DNA of 64,000 nt from a virus: the IMG/VR virus record IMGVR_UViG_3300045988_113306; one strand, 5' to 3'. Position 1 is the first letter of the stretch, and each line of letters starts with the position of its first letter. The translations under genes were made by a program, and so were the position numbers. The notes under the pieces are model-generated. The model saw only the letters and a list, made by a program, of their open reading frames with translations. It searched no databases and was not told the DNA's origin. Shown here one piece after another: positions 18,883-27,028 of the stretch.

Positions 18883-19846
18883 TGAAATCGAATAAGTTTT
18901 TTGGCTTCTCGTCGGGTAAATATCTGCCTACAGTAGCAAACATCTTGCGTAATGCCTCCCGATAAGTGACGCCGTTGTTAGTATAATTCATTACCATATT
19001 ATAGTACTTCGGCTCAAGCTGATAAAGCAAATTAAAACGGTCATCGTCTTTGAACACACTTCCGTATGAACAAGCGACACAACCAGTCCTTTTCGCCCCT
19101 TTGTAGTATATGTCTGGAATTTCAACATTGAATCTTTTAATATAATTCCAAATGTCTTGTTCTGTCCATATTGAGAGTGGCATAGATACATTCTCCCTCC
19201 TCCCCCCATTTTCAGCGAACACATTGCATCCGCCATTACGGATATATTGTGTTTCACGTAATAAGCTTTCACTTGCCATAGTGCCTAATATCATGCTTCG
19301 TCCCGTTTCCTTGCAAAATTTGGCTACAGGGCGTTTCTTCATGTAGTCACAGCAACAGTTGTCAATGTTGTAAGGCTCATCTATCAAATACATCCAACGT
19401 TTGTTTAGCTTGAACATTGATTTGGGATTTTCAATACCCAACGCCTTTCTTGCCTTTACAGAGTTAGGGTTGACTTTCACGGCGTGGACATTTTCACTGA
19501 CTTCTTTTGAAACCATAGGGAACGCCAATGAGTAAATTTGGCGTGCATTCATTTTTGGGCGCAACAAAACAACGTTGCCGCCATCTCGCTTGTATTTGTT
19601 CACAAATTGGATGATTGAGGGCCATTCCATAGTTGTATTGCAAAAAACAGCGAGAATATCAGGGAACAATCGCTTGCAGAGATGGAGAAGGACAGTTGAA
19701 TCCTTACCGCCACTCCAAGAAACAGCGACCTTATCAACGCCACCGAGTTTGCTTACAAATGATTCTATGGTAGCGATTGAGTGGTCTATCTTTTGTTCCA
19801 ACGACCATCCTTGGCGTTCTCTAAGTTCCTCTCTTGTCATCATCAT
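18860..19846 (-). CDS. PAPS reductase / PP-loop ATP-pyrophosphatase family protein (copy 1)
   Basis: SWSGGKDS PP-loop, C-terminal GCVAC cysteine pair; 328 aa. Confidence 0.7.
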   Translation of the reverse strand: MMMTREELRERQGWSLEQKIDHSIATIESFVSKLGGVDKVAVSWSGGKDSTVLLHLCKRLFPDILAVFCNTTMEWPSIIQFVNKYKRDGGNVVLLRPKMNARQIYSLAFPMVSKEVSENVHAVKVNPNSVKARKALGIENPKSMFKLNKRWMYLIDEPYNIDNCCCDYMKKRPVAKFCKETGRSMILGTMASESLLRETQYIRNGGCNVFAENGGRRENVSMPLSIWTEQDIWNYIKRFNVEIPDIYYKGAKRTGCVACSYGSVFKDDDRFNLLYQLEPKYYNMVMNYTNNGVTYREALRKMFATVGRYLPDEKPKNLFDFNEQTTTT

Positions 19847-19850
19847 ACGT

Positions 19851-20943
19851 TTACAATGCCATCGGCATACAAAGAATAACTCTGTCGGGATTGATAGAAT
19901 CCTTAATCACGATGGGACGCGAAGCGTCGGTCAATTCCACCGTGACTTCTTCGGAACTGCAAGCGCCAACGCAATCCAAAAAGAATTTTGAATTAACGCC
20001 GAACACAATCTCGGCATTTGATGTGCATGAAAGCGTTTCTACGGACTTTTGCAACTTATCCATGTTGTCGGCCTGAACATCCATTGCGAGAGCGTTTACC
20101 TTGATTTTCACCAATTGGCTGTTAGGAGCGAAAAGGGCAGCACGCTGCATTGATTCAACGAGGTCGGACTTGTCACACACAATGTCAATTGAATGGGATT
20201 GCGGTATAGCTCTTTGGTACTGCGGGTAAACGCCCATAGTTTGCAATGTAAATATCGTTGTGGCGCCTATTCTGTATGACACATTACGTTCCGACACTTT
20301 TACGATTACGGATTCCTGTCCCTTGCACGCCTTTACGAGCGATGAAAACACCGCTGGCTCAATGTACCATTCCACATCGGGATTGTCGACATCTACGGAT
20401 TTGGAGTCAATAAACATCTTTCGCGTATCAGTTGCGCACACAGTGAACACGCCACCCCTTCATTATCGCACGAATGGGTTTTATTTGCGGTCGCAAAACA
20501 TCGTCACCGACGAAATTCTTTGCGGCTACGATAAACTCTGCTAATACAGAAGCCGGGATGCTTACATCGGTTGTTTCATCGTCCTGCTTCGGTTCCACGA
20601 ACTCGTCGTTCGGCAATGTCATAAAAGAAGCAGTGCCTCTTCCATGCTTTACAGTAAGCTGTCCATCGCTTATCGTCAAAGTCAAGGTTTCTCCCTTAGT
20701 CTTAACTACGAAAGCGGTAAGAATCGCACAATCCACAAGGAACTCTCCGTCTTGGTCTATGCTTTCGGCCTCGACGTATTTCCTGATTGATGTTTCAGTA
20801 TCAGTGGGCTGCATCCTGATTTTGTTGCCCTTTGTGACAAACTTGATGTTGTTGAGTATGGACAACGGAGTTTTCTTTGAGGCCAACGGAGCCAATTCCA
20901 TCAACGCCTCACTTAACACTGAACGTGATATTGTTATCTGCAT
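19851..20943 (-). pseudogene. dnaN: DNA polymerase III beta sliding clamp, split by a frameshift as assembled
   Basis: N-part 20428..20943 (MQITISRSVLSEAL...) and C-part 19851..20450 (..VCATDTRKMF..) are both clamp-like; frames switch at GGGG (plus-strand CCCC 20455-20458). Confidence 0.75.
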
Positions 20944-21048
20944 AAAATAAAAATTCCTTGCTTTCGTCGGGCGTCTTGCACTCACCCAACTACTTACAAG
21001 GATTATACGTTTTTCCATCCACAGGTGCAAGCTGTGACTTTGTATCGG

Positions 21049-21056
21049 CAAAGATA
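21049..21056 (-). promoter_or_regulatory. candidate -7 promoter box TATCTTTG upstream of dnaN
   Basis: CAAAGATA on plus strand; about 100-nt leader to ATG 20943. Confidence 0.4.
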
Positions 21057-21197
21057 ATACAAGTTTATGACTTTTCCAAGAGAATTCTATAAATTTCTTC
21101 CAAAAGTTGCCGATTGCTCAAATTCGGAATGTCATCTATCTTCTTTTGACGTATCTCTTGCTTTTGTTTTCTGAGCTCTTGTGTTCAAGTCTTATTG

Positions 21198-21227
21198 ATT
21201 CGTTGTTCAAAAATTCGTTGTTCAAAA
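21198..21227. repeat. perfect tandem duplication of 15-mer ATTCGTTGTTCAAAA
   Basis: Read directly; intergenic between 21314..21862 and the dnaN promoter. Confidence 0.9.
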
Positions 21228-21313
21228 AAGCGAATCGGTGCGCTTGTGTTGGGTCTTCATTGAACCGGCCGTCAATCATACCGCCGTATGGATTTAAACA
21301 ATTGTATGACATA

Positions 21314-21862
21314 TCACTCAACGTTTTCAAAATCATTATCCTTAATAGCCATGACGGTCATGACGCAGTAGCAGGCAAGGTCTTTCAACGTGTCATAAAC
21401 ACTCTCGTCGGGGACTTCATTCTTTGCCCCAAGCAAAAGGTTCTCCAAACGGTTGAACTTGTCCGATATTCTTGTCAAAGCGGATATGAGCCCGTATTTG
21501 CGAACCGAAATGCTAAAACTGTCGCCGTATGTCGCGTTCTTGGCTTCATAGGTGCCAACCATCTCGTTGACGATAGCTTGGAATCGCACAACATTGGGAT
21601 TCACCGGGTTCTTTGGAACAGGGGCGGCGAGCTTGCTCAACCATTCAGGGCGAAAGTCCGCAGACAACCCATAACCCCCAAGTGCCACTCTGACGCATCC
21701 GTTGGCTGGGTTGGGATTTTCCACCACTGTGCCCTTATAACCCATGTATTCACATCTATGAATATCCGTGTCGATGACTTGTACCCTGTCGCCGACTTTA
21801 AGCTCTGACTTTGGTGGCTCAACGGTGTATGCCACTCCATAAGGGGCTTGTTCCTCGCTCAT
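21314..21862 (-). CDS. DUF1599-like (nucleotide-modification-associated) protein with N-terminal SH3/KOW-like domain
   Basis: C-terminal NATYGDSF...ISDKFNRL...DTLKDLACYCVM pattern resembles DUF1599; from memory. Confidence 0.4.
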   Translation of the reverse strand: MSEEQAPYGVAYTVEPPKSELKVGDRVQVIDTDIHRCEYMGYKGTVVENPNPANGCVRVALGGYGLSADFRPEWLSKLAAPVPKNPVNPNVVRFQAIVNEMVGTYEAKNATYGDSFSISVRKYGLISALTRISDKFNRLENLLLGAKNEVPDESVYDTLKDLACYCVMTVMAIKDNDFENVE

Positions 21863-22038
21863 GGCTGCCCGAAGTTTTTGAGTATGTATTGTGGGTCAAA
21901 CTCGTCAATCCTACCGTCGGAAAGACGCAACAGCACGTTGCCATTGTCAAGAAACGCCTTGACTTGTGCATGTTCCTTTACCGATGAACCGCTCTGTAGC
22001 AGAACGCGGTCGCAAAATTTTAAATCTGAAATGTTCAT
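21859..22038 (-). CDS. small hypothetical protein, 59 aa
   Basis: Own translation (MNISDLKFCDRVLLQSG...); stop overlaps the next ATG (ATGA). Confidence 0.45.
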   Translation of the reverse strand: MNISDLKFCDRVLLQSGSSVKEHAQVKAFLDNGNVLLRLSDGRIDEFDPQYILKNFGQP

Positions 22039-22049
22039 GTACCTAAATT

Positions 22050-22388
22050 TTAATTTCCATAGCCCTCAAACTCCAATGCAGCTTTACGGGCCTCGTTTAA
22101 TTTATCGACTATTACGGACACTGAAGCATCCTTGGCTACCTCGGCGAAAGCATATCCTTGATGCGTCAAAAATACCGTCCCGTTTCGCTCAACCACCTTG
22201 AAATCCGACTTGATGTTGTTCATTTCGGTCTTTCGGGCCTCATTCTTGTGGTCATTCCACCATTGTACCAGCTTGCTCATTCTCTTGTTCATTTTCCTGT
22301 TCGTAAATTTCCTCGTATTCCACATCTTGAGCATCTGCCATGTCGCGGAGATGACGTTGTGGACTGTAATAGCTATCAATATAGCCAA
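22050..22388 (-). CDS. hypothetical protein, 112 aa
   Basis: Track ORF. Confidence 0.5.
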   Translation of the reverse strand: MAILIAITVHNVISATWQMLKMWNTRKFTNRKMNKRMSKLVQWWNDHKNEARKTEMNNIKSDFKVVERNGTVFLTHQGYAFAEVAKDASVSVIVDKLNEARKAALEFEGYGN

Positions 22389-22438
22389 ATCCCGTGTTTG
22401 CCACGGGGATTCCGTTTATATAAATCACGCTCATAATA

Positions 22439-22771
22439 TCATATAGGTTCATTTAACTGTTCGCACAATTCTTCCGCACACAACTCTGAATACTTCCAAT
22501 CGGCATCCGAGAAATTTCGGATTATTACGTAATGGTCGGGATAGTGACGGAACTTCTTGATTACTAAACATATTCCTAATGGATTTAATTTCTCCACCTC
22601 AAAATAACAGTCGTTCGGCGACACTGTTCGCCCTAACTCCTCACAGATGTGAAATTCATCTTCCATTGATTGAATTTCGTTGGTATAATGAACATACTGC
22701 CACACGCACAATACTGCCAATGCGACTATCGGTATGCTCATAAGCACAATTACGTTTATATAGTCCTCCAT
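22439..22771 (-). CDS. hypothetical protein with N-terminal TM helix, 110 aa
   Basis: Track ORF; IVLMSIPIVALAVLCVW. Confidence 0.5.
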   Translation of the reverse strand: MEDYINVIVLMSIPIVALAVLCVWQYVHYTNEIQSMEDEFHICEELGRTVSPNDCYFEVEKLNPLGICLVIKKFRHYPDHYVIIRNFSDADWKYSELCAEELCEQLNEPI

Positions 22772-22772
22772 G

Positions 22773-24239
22773 TCAAAAAAATGTTAGTTGTTGTTCTTGA
22801 TTTTCTTTATCAATGAATAATTTGTAAAAGATATGATATAATACATCGACCACGATAGAATTGCCTGCCAATGCGTAAATCGCCGTGTTTGATATTCCAC
22901 AGGTACAAATTGCCTTAATGTCATCCTCTGAAACGGCCATTAAGCGCAAACACTCCGATGGCATGAGCTTGCGTATGCGCCACAACCATCCGTCCTTGAC
23001 GTAATACGCCCTGCCGCTTTCGGAGTCAACCAATACTTGGTCGTTCGCCATTTCATGCTCATCACATAAAATGGAGGAGGGTAAAAATGTATTATCTACC
23101 AGCTCTTTCACATAATTGTTACGTTCAAACGCCGACGCCTTCACGCACGGTGCAATCTCCGATTCGCCGCCCTCAAAATAGCCATGAGGAAGCGACAGGA
23201 TGACGGGCTCGAGAACTTTCGGCATCCTATTGCCGCCTGCACATGTGTCAAGGTTTGGAGAAATGCCGTTGATGTCGTATATTCGCCCAGACTGCGGATT
23301 GCCAGAGCCGGGATAGAGTTGCATTATCTCCCACAAGCATGGTTGTCCCGCTTTTGCATCATGCGCAGTCAACGTGGGCGCCACATCAAAATTAATGCTC
23401 CTATATCCCCTGAATTCCATTTTACGGCATAGGGGATGCAAACTTATGCCAATGATTGGCATCTGAACATACGGGTCTGTTTCACGTTGCCCGTATCGAG
23501 CCAAGATGGTACTCGCGATGCCGTCTTGTTTGCAGAATTGAGTCTTAAACCCACATCCCTCGGATTGTTTCTTGTCGCAATGTTCAATAACTCGCGACAA
23601 TTGCTTAGCTGTTAAATAATAACTTTCAGGCACGGTTGGTTCAAGATAATCTTTCAACCGTTTCTCCAATTTGAACGGTTTGGGGAAATAATACTGGTAG
23701 GTGCAGTCAAGTATTGACACCATGAATAAACGTTCACGGTGCTGAGCTACGCCATAGTCACGGGCATCAAGAACTGAACAAAAATTTGTATATCCGTAGC
23801 TTTCCAGCTCGTGCTGCCATTTATTAAAAATTTTGACATGCTTGCGGTTCTTGACGGCCGCGACATTCTCAAATAGGATATATTTGGGCCTCTTGGCGAG
23901 AATCGCCTTACGACACTCCCACAACAATGACGAGCGAGTATTGCTGCCCTCCAAACCGCCTTTGCCTCTGCCAGCGACGGAAAAATCTTGGCAAGGCGAC
24001 GACATCGTGAATATGTCAAAATCAGGCACAGCCACCCAATCTATGTGACGTATGTCGCCGAAGCACGGTACGGCTCCATGTACGGATTCATACGCCTTGA
24101 TGGCCGTTGATTCTATTTCCGATGTGCCGACATAATCAAACTCAACCTTATTTGGGTAATTGGCAAACAAGCGTTTCAAAGCCATTGCTTGCGCACCAAT
24201 CCCGCTAAAAGCCTCAAACACTCTTAGTTTCATCCCCAT
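22773..24239 (-). CDS. DNA (cytosine-5) methyltransferase
   Basis: FSGIGA (motif I), SSPCQDFS (IV), LFENV (VI), RERLFMV (VIII), GNSIVV (X). Confidence 0.85.
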   Translation of the reverse strand: MGMKLRVFEAFSGIGAQAMALKRLFANYPNKVEFDYVGTSEIESTAIKAYESVHGAVPCFGDIRHIDWVAVPDFDIFTMSSPCQDFSVAGRGKGGLEGSNTRSSLLWECRKAILAKRPKYILFENVAAVKNRKHVKIFNKWQHELESYGYTNFCSVLDARDYGVAQHRERLFMVSILDCTYQYYFPKPFKLEKRLKDYLEPTVPESYYLTAKQLSRVIEHCDKKQSEGCGFKTQFCKQDGIASTILARYGQRETDPYVQMPIIGISLHPLCRKMEFRGYRSINFDVAPTLTAHDAKAGQPCLWEIMQLYPGSGNPQSGRIYDINGISPNLDTCAGGNRMPKVLEPVILSLPHGYFEGGESEIAPCVKASAFERNNYVKELVDNTFLPSSILCDEHEMANDQVLVDSESGRAYYVKDGWLWRIRKLMPSECLRLMAVSEDDIKAICTCGISNTAIYALAGNSIVVDVLYHIFYKLFIDKENQEQQLTFF

Positions 24240-24328
24240 AAATACAAATCGGTTAGAATGGCAACGAGAAACATCATCGAGCGATTACGGTCGCCGAAAA
24301 GAAGCCAAAGGATGTAATCTTTATTCAT
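24230..24328 (-). CDS. possible 32-aa hydrophobic peptide
   Basis: Own translation (MNKDYILWLLFGDRN...); ATGA coupling at the 5' end, overlaps the C5-MTase start. Confidence 0.25.
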   Translation of the reverse strand: MNKDYILWLLFGDRNRSMMFLVAILTDLYLWG

Positions 24329-24783
24329 AGCTCACATGGATAATAAGTGAAACAATTCTGAAAACGCTCATGCACGAGGTCTATCACATTTTCCTCCCAG
24401 CACGGCACAAAATTCACGATGGCAAAGCTGTCATGCTCTATGATGTAGTTGTTTAGGAACTCGGACGCCGAGCATTTGTAAGTGGTGCAATTGGGAGCGC
24501 AAAACATCTCGTCTGCAAGGATGTCTATTGCATGATAGGACTTAAAATCGACAAAGAAAAAAGACTGCGCGTTGTAGCCGCAACCGAAATCATAAATAAT
24601 AGTGTCCTTGGGAAGCATCTTTGAGAGATGCCAATAGTATTGTACAAAGCCCATGAAACCGCAGTTAATACTGGCTGAGGCATCGCCGGAGAAAACTTTG
24701 TCTATCTGCTCTTTAGGTATTATACCACATAGATAATGTGACAGCTCCTCATTGGTTGGGTTCAGGGGGTCGGAGAACTCCAT
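24325..24783 (-). CDS. possible small SAM-dependent methyltransferase-like protein, 152 aa
   Basis: IIYDFGCGYNAQ resembles class I MTase motif I; ATG at 24783. Confidence 0.35.
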   Translation of the reverse strand: MEFSDPLNPTNEELSHYLCGIIPKEQIDKVFSGDASASINCGFMGFVQYYWHLSKMLPKDTIIYDFGCGYNAQSFFFVDFKSYHAIDILADEMFCAPNCTTYKCSASEFLNNYIIEHDSFAIVNFVPCWEENVIDLVHERFQNCFTYYPCEL

Positions 24784-24874
24784 AGCAAACAAAATCCCCG
24801 AATGGGGCCGTTACACACCCAAACGAGGCTTTAGAAGGTTAAACTTGCGGTAACGGACGCAAATATAGTCTTAG

Positions 24875-24947
24875 TGGCGGGAGCAGGAATCGAACCTGCG
24901 ACCTCTGAGTTATGAGCACAGCGAGCTTCCGACTGCTCCATCCCGCG
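24875..24947 (-). tRNA. tRNA with CAU anticodon (Met, or Ile2 if lysidine-modified)
   Basis: Hand-folded cloverleaf: 6 Watson-Crick acceptor pairs plus C1:C72 mismatch, U8, D arm GAGC/GCUC, anticodon loop CUCAUAA, T arm GCAGG-UUCGAUU-CCUGC. Confidence 0.8.
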
Positions 24948-24963
24948 ATGTTGTTTTGTACGG

Positions 24964-24994
24964 CAAAGTTAACAACTTTTTTCGTAACGACAAA
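24964..24994 (-). promoter_or_regulatory. Bacteroidota-type promoter for tRNA-Met (TTTG-N19-TAACTTTG on minus strand)
   Basis: -7 box 24964-24971 ends 17 nt before the tRNA 5' end; -33 at 24991-24994. Confidence 0.55.
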
Positions 24995-25027
24995 AAAATC
25001 CACGCTATTTTCAACAAACGGCGTGGA
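24991..25027 (-). terminator. intrinsic terminator downstream of tnpB
   Basis: CCACGC...GCGTGG stem followed on minus strand by ATTTTTTTG. Confidence 0.6.
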
Positions 25028-25200
25028 AAAATTACTTAAATAACCTAAAATTAATACCTATGGAAACAAAAAGCAAAGATATGAAAAACGGACGACTTTC
25101 ACAAGCCATCCGCATAATTAATCACTTAAATCCAATATTATGATGAAAGAATTGCTATTTAGCTTTGACATACTCCCACGGCTAAAGCGCGTGGGATTCT
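25028..25200 (-). ncRNA. expected omega/reRNA of TnpB (position inferred)
   Basis: TnpB guide RNAs overlap the tnpB 3' end and right end; hairpin TCCCACG/CGTGGGA spans the stop codon (about 25172-25195); boundaries not determined. Confidence 0.35.
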
Positions 25201-26334
25201 TGTGTGCAAACGCAGGATGCCGTATCAGATACGGTCTTACTCCCGCTCCACAATTCGGAGATGCCCCTCCGAAGTATATTCTCAGCCGCATTGAGGTCGC
25301 GGTCGTTTACCTTGCCGCATTCGGGACATACCCATTCGCGGTCGCTAAGTTTCAATCCTTTGTTCACATATCCACACTCGCAAGTTTTTGAGGACGGATA
25401 GAATCTATCTATCTTATGAACCGTCACGCCATACTTTCGTGCAATGTGTTCAAGTCTGCCGACAAATTCAGCATGAGCCAAATCCGACATCTTGCGTCCC
25501 CACATTCTCGTCATGCCGAGCAACGATAAATCTTCAATGAAGATATAATCATATTTGCGGCACAACTCATGTGCGAGCTTCCACTGAAAAAACTCGCGTT
25601 TGTGAGTGATGTTCTCGAACTCGCGGCACACATCCTTGCGTCTGCGCTGTCGGTTATTCGAGCCTTTCTTGCATTTGGATAGTGAGCTGGATTTGCGCCT
25701 AACGTTGTCAAGGTCGGATTTTAAGAACTGTGGATTCCTTACGGTCGTACCGTCCGATAAGGTCATATAGGTCTTTAAGCCGAAGTCAATGCCTACGGAT
25801 GCACCATTGTGTGTCTTTCCGTATGCTTTCGGGTCTGCGTCCGTTGTGATTATCAGATAGTATTCACCGAGTCGTGAACGCTTGATTGCGATTCGTTTAA
25901 CCCTGCCCTCATAAGGCCGCGAATAAGAGAATTTGAAACGCTTCTTGATTGTATTCACCGTCAATGCGTTCCCGTTCAAAGAGAATCCTCCCTGCTTATA
26001 GACAATAGAACAGAAGTCAATCGCTTTTCTGAATTTAGGAGGCCGTTTTGCCAGCTTCTTAAAGAAACGTTGATATGATGTATCAAGGCGTTCAAGAATC
26101 TCTTGTGTCGTCTGTGAATGTAGCAGAGTGCGTTTTATTCTCTTTGCATAATGCTTCTGCATCGCATTCTTTGAGATAAACTTACCAAACAGCGAATAAT
26201 ACCTCTTCTGCAATGCAAGGGAGTGATTCCATACAAAGGAAGCCTCTCGCAGCATAGCCGAGAGATGCTTATTCCGCTTGGAATTATAGAGCTTATATTT
26301 GTACGAAATCATATACAAAGATAGTGATTAATTA
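25116..26334 (-). mobile_element. tnpB-only IS200/IS605-type (IS1341-like) element, no tnpA
   Basis: tnpB flanked by a 12-nt inverted repeat TAATTAATCACT (25116-25127) / AGTGATTAATTA (26323-26334); boundaries tentative. Confidence 0.55.
25182..26312 (-). CDS. tnpB: TnpB RNA-guided endonuclease (IS605 OrfB family)
   Basis: RuvC motifs GIDFG, IFIEDL, DRDLNAAENI; zinc finger CECG...CPECG; ATG at 26312; 376 aa. Confidence 0.9.
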   Translation of the reverse strand: MISYKYKLYNSKRNKHLSAMLREASFVWNHSLALQKRYYSLFGKFISKNAMQKHYAKRIKRTLLHSQTTQEILERLDTSYQRFFKKLAKRPPKFRKAIDFCSIVYKQGGFSLNGNALTVNTIKKRFKFSYSRPYEGRVKRIAIKRSRLGEYYLIITTDADPKAYGKTHNGASVGIDFGLKTYMTLSDGTTVRNPQFLKSDLDNVRRKSSSLSKCKKGSNNRQRRRKDVCREFENITHKREFFQWKLAHELCRKYDYIFIEDLSLLGMTRMWGRKMSDLAHAEFVGRLEHIARKYGVTVHKIDRFYPSSKTCECGYVNKGLKLSDREWVCPECGKVNDRDLNAAENILRRGISELWSGSKTVSDTASCVCTQESHAL

Positions 26335-26396
26335 ACAGATATGCAAATTATTAACCAACCCAAAACGGACTGTCGATATGAAATATGCCATATACT

Positions 26397-27023
26397 TTAC
26401 CATTCGTAGCCGTCGTATTCGGACGGCTTTTGTTGTTGTTCTGTTGTTTGTTCTTTATTTTCCTTGGGAGTGAACCATCCCTCTTCGTCGCGGATTTCCT
26501 TGGCCAAGCCTATCTGATGCTCGCCGTAGTTAGTCCGCACGATGACTTCATGGCTGTTGCCGAAAGGATCCAAGAACTCTGTCTTGCGGAAGCTGAACTC
26601 AACGTATTTACGGCCCGTCATCCTATCGGTCTTGACGTCCTCCGGCTGTATGCTGTCAAGAAACAGCTTACCGTCACAAAAAATCTGTGTCATATTGTTT
26701 GTGTAATCTGCTTTTGGCGCTTCGACCATCACGAACGCATGTCCGAGCTTGTTTGACAAGTCAAAGTAACCGAGCGACTTCGCCCTGTCCACATTTTTGT
26801 TGTTTCGGTAAACCAAGCCGAATTTATGCGTGCGCAATTGAGGGTTCGGAGGTATCTCATTCATTCGGAAGCGGATAAACCAAGAGCCATTTGCGGTATG
26901 TCCAATCTGCGCGTCGTCGCATGGGATTACAAGGCACGTTTTCTCCACGCCGTTAACCATTTCTTGCTTCTCCATGCAAAACGGCAGCTTGGATATGAAA
27001 AACGTACACATGTAATCAGCCAT
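26397..27023 (-). CDS. hypothetical protein, 208 aa, paralogue of 29603..29959
   Basis: Shared N-terminus (MA-D/N-Y ... CLVIPCDDAQI vs AVIIPIDTADIF) and Q/E-rich tail ending in W. Confidence 0.45.
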   Translation of the reverse strand: MADYMCTFFISKLPFCMEKQEMVNGVEKTCLVIPCDDAQIGHTANGSWFIRFRMNEIPPNPQLRTHKFGLVYRNNKNVDRAKSLGYFDLSNKLGHAFVMVEAPKADYTNNMTQIFCDGKLFLDSIQPEDVKTDRMTGRKYVEFSFRKTEFLDPFGNSHEVIVRTNYGEHQIGLAKEIRDEEGWFTPKENKEQTTEQQQKPSEYDGYEW

Positions 27024-27028
27024 ACAAA

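Noticed and set aside
21107-21808. 233-aa plus-strand ORF
   Set aside because: It is antisense to 21314..21862, which has recognisable domains and ATGA coupling. Its 5' part runs across an intergenic tandem repeat.
26316-26323. TATCTTTG box as the tnpB promoter
   Set aside because: It ends only 3 nt before the ATG at 26312. A transcript starting at the usual distance would begin inside the ORF, so the real promoter or start codon remains unclear.
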